Positions 48,594 through 59,148 of a stretch of DNA of 64,000 nt are shown here, piece after piece. Made by a program: the position numbers and the translations under genes. Source of the stretch: Schizochytrium sp. TIO01 (taxonomy: Eukaryota > Protista > Bigyra: Labyrinthulomycetes); NCBI GenBank assembly GCA_004764695.1, contig SMSO01000034.1, positions 4,402,001 to 4,466,000 of the forward strand, written 5' to 3'. Numbering within the stretch: position 1 is the first letter of the stretch; every line of letters starts with the position of its first letter. Below the pieces are notes generated by a model that had not been told where the DNA came from, did no database searches, and saw nothing but the letters and a program-made list of their open reading frames with translations.

Positions 48594-48693
48594 AACTTGA
48601 ACTTGAAGACGAACTTGAAGATGGACTTGAACTTGAACTTGAGGATTGACTTGAACTTAAACTTGAAGATGGACTTGAAGACGGACTTGAACT
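48594..48693. repeat. Degenerate (AACTTG/GACTTG/AAGA[CT]G) hexamer array
   Basis: Directly visible. Confidence 0.85.
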
Positions 48694-50910
48694 GGGCAGG
48701 ATTACTGTGCGCGAGTGGTCACGAATTGACCGGCTGCAGTCGATCGGCCCGTGCGATAAACACCAAGCTCCCGAAGAGACAATCCTATCCTATCCTATCT
48801 CGTGGAAGAGGACGAAGAGGTTTGGACCAAGCTCAGTGAGCGGCGCAGAGCGAGAGCGATGAAGCAATTGGGATCTTGAGCTCGAAATGTCCTGAACTGA
48901 CACGGGTTTGCATCTGGATTTCGCAGCAGAGCGCCGACAATCAGGCCACAGCGCAAGCAAAGCCTGAGACGCTGGGCACGGCAGCGAGGCCGAGAACCTC
49001 GGGAGCGGAATCAACGAGCAGACCCGCGGGGGTTTAGGCATGCACGCGAAGAGGGTTTGACTGATTGTGTTTGCTCTTTGGCTGGTTGGTTCACCACACC
49101 CGCTGAGAAATAGGAATCGTCGGGCGCCGATGAAAATTGTGCAAGTACAAGTGAAGGTGCCGCTTGAAAAGCTTACTGCGGATCGCAGACAGGCCACACC
49201 ACTCTTTCACTCACTGTCGGGGCTGGAAAGAAAGATATCGTCGATCTCTGGAACGTGGACGATTGATCGGCCAATGCAAAAGGCGCCTTTACGTGCGTAC
49301 CCACGTAGTGAAGACTCGAATGTGTGTGCACGACTTTCAGGGCGACGGCGCTTTAGAAGCCTTGCGTAGATCATATCTCTGTATTCGAGGCGTCGAGTCG
49401 ATCCGGAAATGAGTGCAACCGAACGGAAGTCGAACTGAAAGTGAGTGCACGGGAGGAGGAGGGCGAATACCGCGGCGGCGCCAAAACTTTCTCGAGGAAT
49501 ATCAAATCTGAACAGTCTCATTCCGAACGCTGAGACTGCTTATACTATATATCGCTTTCAGCACCTCGTGCGTAGAAGAAGATACGTACCTAAACTCACC
49601 AAGCATACAGTTTACTTGTTGCGATCATGCCAGTAGTGAAGACTGCGTCTTGGGGCACTTCGTAAGACGCACTTTGTAAGACCAACTGTTTATGCTGGTG
49701 TTCATTTCGCAATCCCCAGTGTTAGTAGCGTGGTGTGATTGCTACGTAGTGGGAGAAGCTTCTTCAAAGTACCAACTCTATGCTTTCGGTTAAAGCGCGG
49801 CAAAGGACAACTCTTTAAGGATAGGTGAAAGACGAATTTTGGTATATATATTGTAGAGAAGAAAACAGCTTGCGGGCTAGATAAGTGCCCATTAAGTCTC
49901 CTCTCAACCTGTGCAAACGCAGACTCTATGCAACAAAGCCCTCTATTGAATCACTCAAGACGGTTCTCGGAGATATCTTTGCAAACTTCTTCTGCTTCTT
50001 CAACCTTGTTCTTCTTCAAGCACAAGTGCTCAACTGGATCTCCACGCAACTTATGATTCTCGACAAATACAGTGAGCCCTGCATACCTGATCGTGCGCTT
50101 TACCATAGCAAATCGAGGTTTGTCCACAAACTGGTACCATGAAACACCGAGGCGTCGTTGATTTCTCCAAGCTTATGAACTAGATGGACCCTATCATATA
50201 TATCCCCCCTAGTCTTGCGAAATCTCCTCGAAAACCTGCAAGCAGCCAAAGCCGCACATGCATAAGGTAATCTCGATCCCATCGAAACTGCGGTGTGCAC
50301 GTTTTTGAACCAGTAGTATTATAGGAAAACGATTTACAGTTCGACTAAGCAACCATCTTAGGTGCAGAATCGTCCACCGAGTCTAGTTACTAGCGCTTAC
50401 TACTACTTTTTTCGTGCAAATTTTACCCAAACTGATAGTCAGAGGTACTGAGTTGACATCTTTTAAGTTGGGTAAAAGCTTCAAGCCAAAACAATTTCTC
50501 AGTGGTGCAAATCTACATCAAAAACTTTCTGTGCCGTCTGCAACCGCGTGGTCAGAGCATTTATTCTCAGCTGCACTAGTTATGCTTGAGCTACATATTA
50601 TCAGGAAACGATTAAAACGTATGTTATGAAACTTGTTGCGACTGGTGAGGTAAATATAACTCTCACTGACATTTTTTATTCTTAGGAAGCAAGTCTGTTA
50701 TTCTCTACATGTTCACTTCTTTCTCGTTTGCTGATCCTTTTTTATCTTTTTTAATTGAAAATGAAGTTTTTAATCTTTTGTATAAAAAGAAAATAACACT
50801 CTAGTGGGACCACACCTTTTAAAATACTATGATTTATGGTATATTATTATTATTGTTATTATTATTATTAACATCTTTGTTAAGAATTGAAGGCTAGGAA
50901 AGAAAATGGC

Positions 50911-51285
50911 ATGGCCAAGGAACCACCAAGCTCCAAACACTACAAAAGAAGCAAACCTCCAATTCAAGCTAGCAAAGTAATTTAACCAGACGCTTGGCGT
51001 CTCAGTAAGCGCCCCTCGGGGCGCTTCCCCAAAGGCAATTGCACATACGCAAGTGAAGACGCTGAGCGAATCTATGGCTGCGGCTTGTTCCGGTGGCCGC
51101 GAACAATGCAGCACTGATCGTACCATTACCTACGCCAGAAAGTCCTCCGCCAAGCAGAAAAGGAATTTCAAATGCCCGATTAGTGACCTCCAGCGTGCCT
51201 ATCCAGACGCCCTCGCAGTCTACAAAAACATCGATAGAGGGGCCAACTTCAACCGACCGGGCTTACGCGCCCTACTGGACAACCA
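50911..51285 (+). pseudogene. tnpA: IS607-type TnpA serine recombinase remnant (HTH + catalytic N-half)
   Basis: Across frames: IQASKV..QTLGVSVS (MerR-like HTH), PKGNCTYASEDAERIYG, then TITYARKSSAKQKRNFKCPISDLQRAYPDALAVYKNIDRGANFNRPGLRALLD. Compare the consensus YARVSS.KQ..DL.RQ...L...YP......DIGSGLNF.R.GL..LL. Confidence 0.9.
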
Positions 51286-51287
51286 AG

Positions 51288-51637
51288 ATTCACCGCAAGC
51301 TTGCACTTTGACTCTTGAAAACAACGGTGCTATTTTTTTAATCTAATTTGAAACCTCAACAAGTTAACAAGATATATCAAAATCAAGACAGCTTGAATGA
51401 TGTATCGTTCGTTGGCTTCCTCATTCACAAAGCCGAGCTTTCCTACGATCAGTGGTGTAAACTGATTATTTTCTGAGATTATTGCACTTCGAAAACACGC
51501 GATGAATGTAGTGCCATTGAGGACAGGGCCAGAACATTCAAGATTTCAAATGCCCGAAAGGCAAGCACGTAGCTGATCATGATACCCACACCACCAGCGG
51601 CATCCTTTCGCGATACTTATCTAAGGACATGATTTAA
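51288..51637 (+). pseudogene. Fanzor/TnpB C-terminal remnant (bridge helix, RuvC-II region, zinc finger, RuvC-III)
   Basis: Across frames: IHRKLAL*L / ENNGAIFLI*FETS / FLIHKAELSYDQWCKLIIF*DYCTSKTRDECSAI / FKCPKGKHVADHDTHTTSGILSRYL. Collinear with H.KLA..L.ENY..I.LP.FET..FL.HKA.....YTSKTC..C....FKCP.C...DRD..AA.NI..RYL. Stop TAA at 51635-51637. Confidence 0.85.
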
Positions 51638-51750
51638 GAACTGCCTTTGAGTCGCGGGTTAGCTTTCATAGTAGCCCGCGATGGAGGCTTAGCCCAACTG
51701 TGTCACCATAGGAAATGCAAACTTTGCGAATTTTATAGTTTAAACTGTAA
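51638..51750 (+). ncRNA. Candidate omegaRNA scaffold of the Fanzor remnant
   Basis: 10-bp stem TCGCGGGTTA (51652-61) / TAGCCCGCGA (51672-81) with one G-U pair, 14 nt after the Fanzor stop. It is followed by GGAGGCTTAGCCC and a GCAA-act-TTGC mini-hairpin. The position matches TnpB/Fanzor omegaRNA loci. Confidence 0.55.
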
Positions 51751-52792
51751 GTGTCATATACAAGTAACATATGTGAAAAGGTTAAAACGCCAAGATGATC
51801 GAGAATAAACCAGCTTAGCTCAAATTTTCATCATACCATATATCTCAGATTCAGAATCAAGTTTAAGTTTCAGTTCTGGACATTCTACACCAGTCACAGC
51901 AGCAGTTATTGAACCACCAAAAGAAACCAACATGACTTAGAGAACAAAACGCTCAGGTCACGGCGATGTCATATAGAGCCTAGAGAAACATAGGAAACAT
52001 TACAAGCACGAACACAAGCACAAAACTAAGTCTAAAGCCTGACCACAAGTTCATACAGACGCTATCCGTTGTTACATGCGGTTACAACCGTTGCCATATT
52101 CGACATGCTAGACCAGCACAATTCTGAACAATTAAAATTGGGTTTACAGCCACTCAGTCACGTATCACGCTATACCTTCAGTACGAGTGCCAAATCTTCC
52201 AGAGTTCTGCATCGAGATTGGAAAAAACGACGAAGCAGAGAAACATATCAACATGTACACCTCCAGAAAGTAATTATCGGTTCTTGTCTGAAGGCGAAGG
52301 TGTTAACAGAGCTGTTAGAGTGGAAGCAGAGAAGAGTCACCGATTGTACTCTTGTCGGAATCAGTTACAAAACTCAGAAAGAGAGCTCAATTTAAAGCTA
52401 AATGTCTCCTCGCGCTCCATAGTTGAAGAAGCCACGCATACCAGAAAACCTGCCACCACAACAATTTTGTGATGATAAGTAGGATTTAACCTCAGATTGC
52501 TGCCTAGTATCTCCTATGTTCTCTCACCTTCTCGCGAGCTATCTATTGAGCTCAAGCCAGTATGGAATATGTGCATTAATATCAACATTTCAAAGTTGTT
52601 ACTGAGATAATCTCTACATCTCTACCCTAAACTGAAAGTCTCCTTTGTTCCCCAATTTCCCCACAATAAGAGGCCTATCTATCTCCTGGGCAACCCAAAA
52701 TTTTCCGTATGATTACAATTAAGAATGATCAATTGTGTTGGCATCGTCGGAGCGGTCAATCTAACAAGAGTCAGCAACTGCAAAAGGCTCCT

Positions 52793-55700
52793 ATGCCGTG
52801 GCGGGCATAAGTAGCGACGAGGAGAAGACCCGACGGGAGCGCGAAACTGGATCACTACGGTGCGCTATGAGGTCCCTTGTGCAAGTTGTTGCTCGTGTGG
52901 ATGCACCATATGTTCCCACAGACGCAGTCCATTTACGCCTTGTAGACCATGGAGGCAGCGAACTGACGGAGAACGAGGTTGGCCAAAGCCGAGGGCTCTC
53001 AGATGAAGGCAAATCGCCAGCAGAAGGTTTTTTCTTTGGAGAGGCAAGAAATCGAAATTGGCGATATAACATCGTCACTCTCACCAACTCCATTCCAGTG
53101 AAGCCTGCGTACAACCCGATTTCGCGAACCTTTGACGTGGTTCTATCATTCGTGGCATCAGAAGCGTCACTTACTGAAGATAGTCCGCACGAGCTGATCT
53201 TTAATTTGTTTGCAGGGTATGGATCTCCATCGGAGACAATTCTTGCACCACCATTGGCACAGTCACGAGTAAAAGTTTCTTCGCTATTAAACGCTGGAGA
53301 AGCAGAGGTAGACCTTAAGTGGAGTCCGGAGGAACGTGCAAAGCTTAGTGTCCAAGACATTTCGAAAGGTGCTAATCAACATGCTTTCGGTCGATTGCAC
53401 ATCTCTATAGTAGAGAAACCTGTTTGGCAGCAGCTCTGTGGGTCAACGCTAGCTCAATACGCAGGTCTCGTCCTGCATCATCCCACAGCACGTTCATTTG
53501 TGAGTTCGTCATTGAAACATTCAAGTTTTGGATTAGATACTCAAACACAGGAGGACCACGAAGTTATCGGCAGTGAAATCGCTTTTGAAACCTCTCTTAG
53601 CTTCACAGTGCCTTCGCAAGTTCTGAGGATGCGCCTTGCACGACTAGTGGAACACTGCCAAAGATGGGGCAAACTCCATTCCGCGGTACATATTGCGAAC
53701 TGCCACTTCGATTCGGAGGCCCTTGCGCTCAAGTATGGCTACCAACGAGTTCGTCTAACACTCACGAGCGCAAGTGACCTCGCGCAGACACAACATGATT
53801 CACCAGCTGGGACTGGAGAAACAAACCCAGTTGCGAAAAAGGCAGCAAATTTCTCTGGTGCATTGCGCGGGATGCTTCAAGGAGCTCAGAAGCGAATGGA
53901 TAGCAACACTGCCGGCTTCACAGCACCATTTCAAAATCCGTTCATGAGCTCATCGAGCAGTTCCCCAGTAGCATCATCTCAACGTTTGTGCAAACCCTTC
54001 GTTCGTGTATCTTTTCAGCATCCAGCAGGGCACCGTGTCAACATCGGTCGGACTGTAGCAGAGATTCGAACTCAAAACCCTGTTTTCCGAAGTTGTTCCC
54101 TTGAAAGCGAATTTGCGTATCTGGATGGACCAAATACTCTTGCTTTCTATGTTCCTCGCAACCCGGATGTTTTGATTATGTTTGAAGTCTTCCATGAACG
54201 TTTTTCAACACTGACTCAAAGGACTACCCACGTACCTATGATGCAAGCCTGTTATCCACTATCTACCTTGCTTGCGATGCAAAGCAATGCTGCATCTGAT
54301 TCAAGCCCAAATATTTCTCTCAATCTCTATGCACATGACCAACAGAGAGATGAGGTATTAGGAACTCTACAAGTGATTGCCAGATCTAATTGTCCTTTTA
54401 ACGATGAGACAGGAGAGCCCGCGCCAAGCTATGTGCCCGGTAATGCATTTTACTTCCACTGGGGTGTGCGCTGGATAGATGACTACCTCCAGCGTCTTAA
54501 TGAAGACGTCGTTACTCTGAACCAATTGCTGAAGGTATGTCAGGAGTCTGAGGAGAATATTACAAACGAACTACAAGCCGACACCCTTTTAACATCATGC
54601 ATGAAACAATCAGTCCACAAAAAGGACTTCAAGGTTGGTGCAATTCCTACAAACCTTCATGCTAGTTTCTGGGTTGTGGAAAGCCGCCGAGCAAAAGGAT
54701 CTGAGACCGCGGTGTCTTCTGCATATCGTGCATCTAATCCTCCACCAGCTCCTCCTCCTCCCCCACCCCTCCTCCTCCTCCACGCCCATCGCGACCTTCG
54801 ACTATGCCCTCTCCACCCTCCTCACCGCCAGCGAGATCACCAGTGCGACAACGTCCACCAGCCCCTGTTCGAGCTAAAGGAGAACCTGACCACGATACAG
54901 CGGACGAGCATGCCTTCCGAGGACCTAGTAAGAGTGTTTCAAGTGGATCTGAAGGTCGCCCAGTCGCACCTCGTCGAAGTGCTCCTTCACGGACTCAAAT
55001 GCAAGAACGCTCGCAATCTGCAGCAGATGTAGATCTAATCGTTGGTGCTCGAAGGAGTGCTCATGCTGCTGCTTTCGCCGCTCGAGCTGAGAATGCACCC
55101 ACTCGGAGCCGCGTACCTGAAGTCTTTGGTATTTTCCCTATAACAACGTGTGGAGCTCCGGCGGCACACTGGCTTGGCTTTAATAGCACTTCAACCTTGC
55201 TTTACGAACGAACACGTCTACATCAACTGAGTCGATCAGCCCAACATGGCTGGGCACCGTTTTTTCCTGACAATATGCCTCATGTGAATACCTCAGCAGC
55301 CGAAGCAGCTGATAGTGTGAAGCAATGGCAAGTTTTGGCAGAATGCTCTCGCAAGCACTTTTTGCGTGAGTCTGTAGTGCTCAGCCAAGCCTTGTCATCG
55401 CTTGTGACTTGCTTCGTTGCAGAGCTTGCTGTGCGTTTGAGCGGGTCCGACATTGCTGTACACCATGTCTCCCAATGGGCAGAATCAGGTGCCGTTGGGG
55501 GTTTGTGGATTCGTCAGCTTTACGAAATAGGCTTCTTGGTAGGGTGGGAAAGCCTCGTCTCATCACAAGGCAAGGAGCTTGGCATGCTTGAAGACGCAAT
55601 TGCTGGTATGGAAGCACTCGAAAAAACAACACGCTTCCATATCATTCCGTATGATGAGATGGTAGATTGTGGTTTCTCTTCGAGAGCATCACAGACACTC

Positions 55701-56519
55701 TTTCACAAACCAGGCTGTCAAATTTATGTGCACGTTTCAGATGGCTCTGATTCAAGAGAATCCCCTCGGGGCCTCGGTAGCGGCAATAGTGCTCGAGAGG
55801 CCTCCGAGATCCAGGTTTACATTGCTGTGCCAACAGCGGAATACCGGGAACTAATCGCCCCAGTGACCTCTGACAAGCTAATGCGAGGTATCGCAGTTGT
55901 CCCTGTGCTCTTCACGCAAGGTATCAATGAAACTCAGACTCTGGCCAATCTTACGACCTTTCTGACTGAAACAGCTGGATCGACGCGTCAGTGGGACCTG
56001 AACCATGCTAGTCTTCGCCGCGTTGAAAAATACTTGGAGAGTTACCGTGACTGGCTTCGTATTTGTGGTTACGGCGTAGCTCGTAATGGTAAAGAACCTG
56101 AGACTCTACGCCTTGCAACAGAAAGCCTTAAATATGCTGTGTTTGCGCAACAACGTTCGTCCAAAGATGTCCAGGTACTTATTTCTGCAGAAAATGCAGT
56201 CCGTGCGCTGAACGGTGGCCGGATCACCTTTTGCAAATCAGGAAAGGACCGAACAGCAATGTCAGTAACACTGGAACAGGCACGCTTGCTACAAGCAACA
56301 CCTCTACCGGAAGGTCAGAACCTGAAGCACATAGACGATCTTGCAGTGGCTAATCTCATGCGAGAGTTTGGAGGCAGAATCGTTGTTGCAGAAAAGAACG
56401 TTGGGCGACCGAAATACTCTTTCAATGCTGCGCAACGCCAGATGTTACCAAGTCAATACCGCCCCCCTACCTCAACAATTCAGGACTTTTACACGTCTGT
56501 ACTCGCTCGCGACTCATGA
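52793..56519 (+). CDS. INPP4: Inositol polyphosphate 4-phosphatase (INPP4-like) with C2-like N-terminal region; frameshift in poly-C at about 54760-54769 and probably a second one at the start (about 1242 aa)
   Basis: Catalytic CX5R motif FCKSGKDRTAMSVTLEQA (56232-56255). Also PTNLH, TTCGAPAAH, VVLSQALSSLVT, GFLVGWESLVSSQGKELGMLED, VPVLFTQGINETQTLA, KNVGRPKYSFN and YRPP. Confidence 0.9.
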
Positions 56520-56739
56520 TTTGTTATTAGGAATAAAGACCATACGACAACAGCTTACTTTTCAAAACAAATTAGTTTGCTGCCTTGAGACAAAGACTTG
56601 CTAGAAATGAATAATGAACTGAATTAGAATTTTATTTTGTGAAGTAGTACATTCAAAGTGCTGAACAGAAGGTCATGAAGCTAGCTGAGAATTAGAAATA
56701 ACATAAGATGTATCTGAAAGAGAATTCTACAAATTAAAG

Positions 56740-59148
56740 TCACAATGAGAGGTTTGTGGATGCGAAAATAGGGACGGGGATCTGCAAGCCATCTGGATGG
56801 TTTTTCAATACTTTATTTGCAGCTCGGATGTCCCTTTTAACCTGCGAATGTACAAGTTTCCAATCTCGATGAGGAAACCGGATAAAAAAATCTAGCAAAT
56901 CATCATGAACAGCTAGCCCAACTCGCTGCAATCCACGAACAGAAATGAGGCCCTTGTTGTATGCAATCAATGCAGCACCCATATAAGTATCATAAAAGTA
57001 TATATCATGTTCAGCCCAAAAGGATTCGCGCTCATCGCGTTTCACTGTAGAGAGCAAAGAAGGATCGTCGTTTGATTGTACACGATGAATAAAACAAGCC
57101 TTGAGTGTGGGTCCTACAGTTGCGCTTCGTGATAAAACCTCTGCAGCCAGAAGGTCGCCTTGAGCATTGTCGCCAAAAAACAGCAAATCATATTCAGGGT
57201 ATAAACTTGCGAACTGTTCAACACGCTCAATCTTTGTACGGCCGACTGCTTCCCAGTTATGGTTACCGACACGTCGAATGCTAGAGTTGGTGAAACTAAA
57301 AAACCTTTCTGCGCTACTAACATCTGAACCTTCAGCTAAGACAGCAGCTTCGTCAATATCGTCTCCAATAATACCAACAGGTACACTTGCAGATAATACG
57401 GAGGATCTGCGACGAGATCCAGACTTGCGTTTGTGAAACCTTCTTTCTCTTGCATCTTTCCAAGCTGCTGCTATAGCAGCAATCGCAACATCAAATGAGT
57501 CCATCACAAAGTTTCGAATATGCTCAAAGAGCCTTAGCCAGACCGCCAAAGAACCTGTATAAAGAGACCCAGTGAGCATGGTTGGTACAGCATGCATACG
57601 TCCCTCGCGAACGAGTTGACGGAAGCGACGATACGACCCATTCTCAGCAACGTCCTTCCATACATGAGGGCGTGCTGAAACGAAAACAATATTGCCATCA
57701 TTCCATTGAAAAACGCTTTCTTTGGAGACCTCTCCATTCTCTAGCTCGTCTTCATGAGAGGTGTCATTGAGACTTGCAGTAAGGACTAGCTCTTGCTGAG
57801 CAGGAGAAACATAAAATTTCGCCTGAACAACACTTTGGAGATGGGCAATGCTCTCTTTCGTGCTCATATCCATTTCGTAAACTTTGCCACCCTTTTGCCA
57901 AGGAGTGAGTACTGATACTTTTACATAGTCAACATACCCAGCTTCATCGGCCACTGATGATTTATGTGCTTTGTCTTCTTGTAGAACAACTTGGCGCGCA
58001 TGACGGTCGAGCTCTTCATAAAGTGCTAATACGCCAGGATAAAGAGCATGACGAGGGTATCGGGTGTCGGATCCAGCAGGAAACGAACCTCCACTACAGT
58101 AGAGTGTGTCATCAACATCGCTCAAAAGCTTGATTGCGGCAAGGCCTCGATTGTCCTCACGCACATTAGCACCCTCCGCGCGAATATACTTCAAAACTTT
58201 CTTCTGCAGCTTGTGGTCGACAATATCGCTAAAGATAAGCTTGTATAGGTTATTGAAGTCCCCAGTGGAGTCAAGCATGTCTTTGAGCAATGTCAGTTCA
58301 AGGCCTTGAGCTCCCATAAACAAATCTGTAGCCCAGCGCATCTCCTGAGGAATGAAAGGCAGACTTTCTGTGAGCATGAGGCCATGAAGGACAGCTGCTC
58401 GTGAGATAGTTGACAGCTCTGTACTTCTTTCGCTCATGATATAGGACAGGAGGTTGTTCACCTGGCTGGCATTCATCCCATGTCTAAGCAGTTGTGACAT
58501 GTTAACCGTCTCCATGATTTGATTGAGTTCTTCTGGAGTTGCATCTTCCATAACGCGTTTAATGCTCTCTTGACTTTCATCAATTTGTCCTCGCACCCAG
58601 GCTGCTAGCTTTCGCACCTGGCTCGAGAATACAAGTCTATCCAGGACGCGGTCCACATAGACTTGTTTGCTTCTTGCAATGATGTCTTTCTCATCAACTA
58701 CAGCTGGGTCAAACGATGAGCTATCAGTGCGTAGTCGTACGCTTCGACGAACTTGATGAACTACATTATCATCTGACTGAATTCGTGCACTGGAAAGTTG
58801 CCGGTGCGTCATCTCAAGGCGACGCTGAAGTACCTCATTGCCTCCGCGGTATTCCTGGAAAGAAGTGAGCTTGGAGTTGATGTAGCTCTGCACCAAAAAT
58901 GCCGAATACATTGGCACCAAGATGCCAAAAATAAGTCCTAGGCCCAGTGGCGATTTGTTGATGGTAACAAGGTACTGCAAGGGGCTATCGCTAGCCAGTA
59001 ACCCCAGCACGGCGCTGGCCTCCAACACCAACATCCAAAACACAGCCTCTATGCCTGGTCTGTGCCATGGAAAGTTTTCTGTCATAACATAAAAGAGCAC
59101 AATGGCCAACAAGGACGCCAAGCCCTTGTAAAACGGAATATCCATCAT
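56740..59148 (-). CDS. Membrane-anchored HAD-superfamily phosphatase, App1-like (phosphatidate phosphatase type), with a ubiquitin-like insertion
   Basis: Three N-terminal TM segments. HAD motifs LLSDVDDT (58105-58119), LYPGVLALYEEL, FVSARP, K (GRTKIER) and YPEYDLLFFGDNAQGD. Confidence 0.75.
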   Translation of the reverse strand: MMDIPFYKGLASLLAIVLFYVMTENFPWHRPGIEAVFWMLVLEASAVLGLLASDSPLQYLVTINKSPLGLGLIFGILVPMYSAFLVQSYINSKLTSFQEYRGGNEVLQRRLEMTHRQLSSARIQSDDNVVHQVRRSVRLRTDSSSFDPAVVDEKDIIARSKQVYVDRVLDRLVFSSQVRKLAAWVRGQIDESQESIKRVMEDATPEELNQIMETVNMSQLLRHGMNASQVNNLLSYIMSERSTELSTISRAAVLHGLMLTESLPFIPQEMRWATDLFMGAQGLELTLLKDMLDSTGDFNNLYKLIFSDIVDHKLQKKVLKYIRAEGANVREDNRGLAAIKLLSDVDDTLYCSGGSFPAGSDTRYPRHALYPGVLALYEELDRHARQVVLQEDKAHKSSVADEAGYVDYVKVSVLTPWQKGGKVYEMDMSTKESIAHLQSVVQAKFYVSPAQQELVLTASLNDTSHEDELENGEVSKESVFQWNDGNIVFVSARPHVWKDVAENGSYRRFRQLVREGRMHAVPTMLTGSLYTGSLAVWLRLFEHIRNFVMDSFDVAIAAIAAAWKDARERRFHKRKSGSRRRSSVLSASVPVGIIGDDIDEAAVLAEGSDVSSAERFFSFTNSSIRRVGNHNWEAVGRTKIERVEQFASLYPEYDLLFFGDNAQGDLLAAEVLSRSATVGPTLKACFIHRVQSNDDPSLLSTVKRDERESFWAEHDIYFYDTYMGAALIAYNKGLISVRGLQRVGLAVHDDLLDFFIRFPHRDWKLVHSQVKRDIRAANKVLKNHPDGLQIPVPIFASTNLSL

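Larger units (their letters stand above)
50911..51750 (+). mobile_element. Degenerate, internally deleted IS607-family element carrying TnpA and Fanzor/TnpB remnants (Fanzor2-like); ends approximate
   Basis: An IS607-type serine recombinase N-half is joined directly to the C-terminal part of a TnpB/Fanzor nuclease, followed by a stem-loop in the omegaRNA position. Confidence 0.85.
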
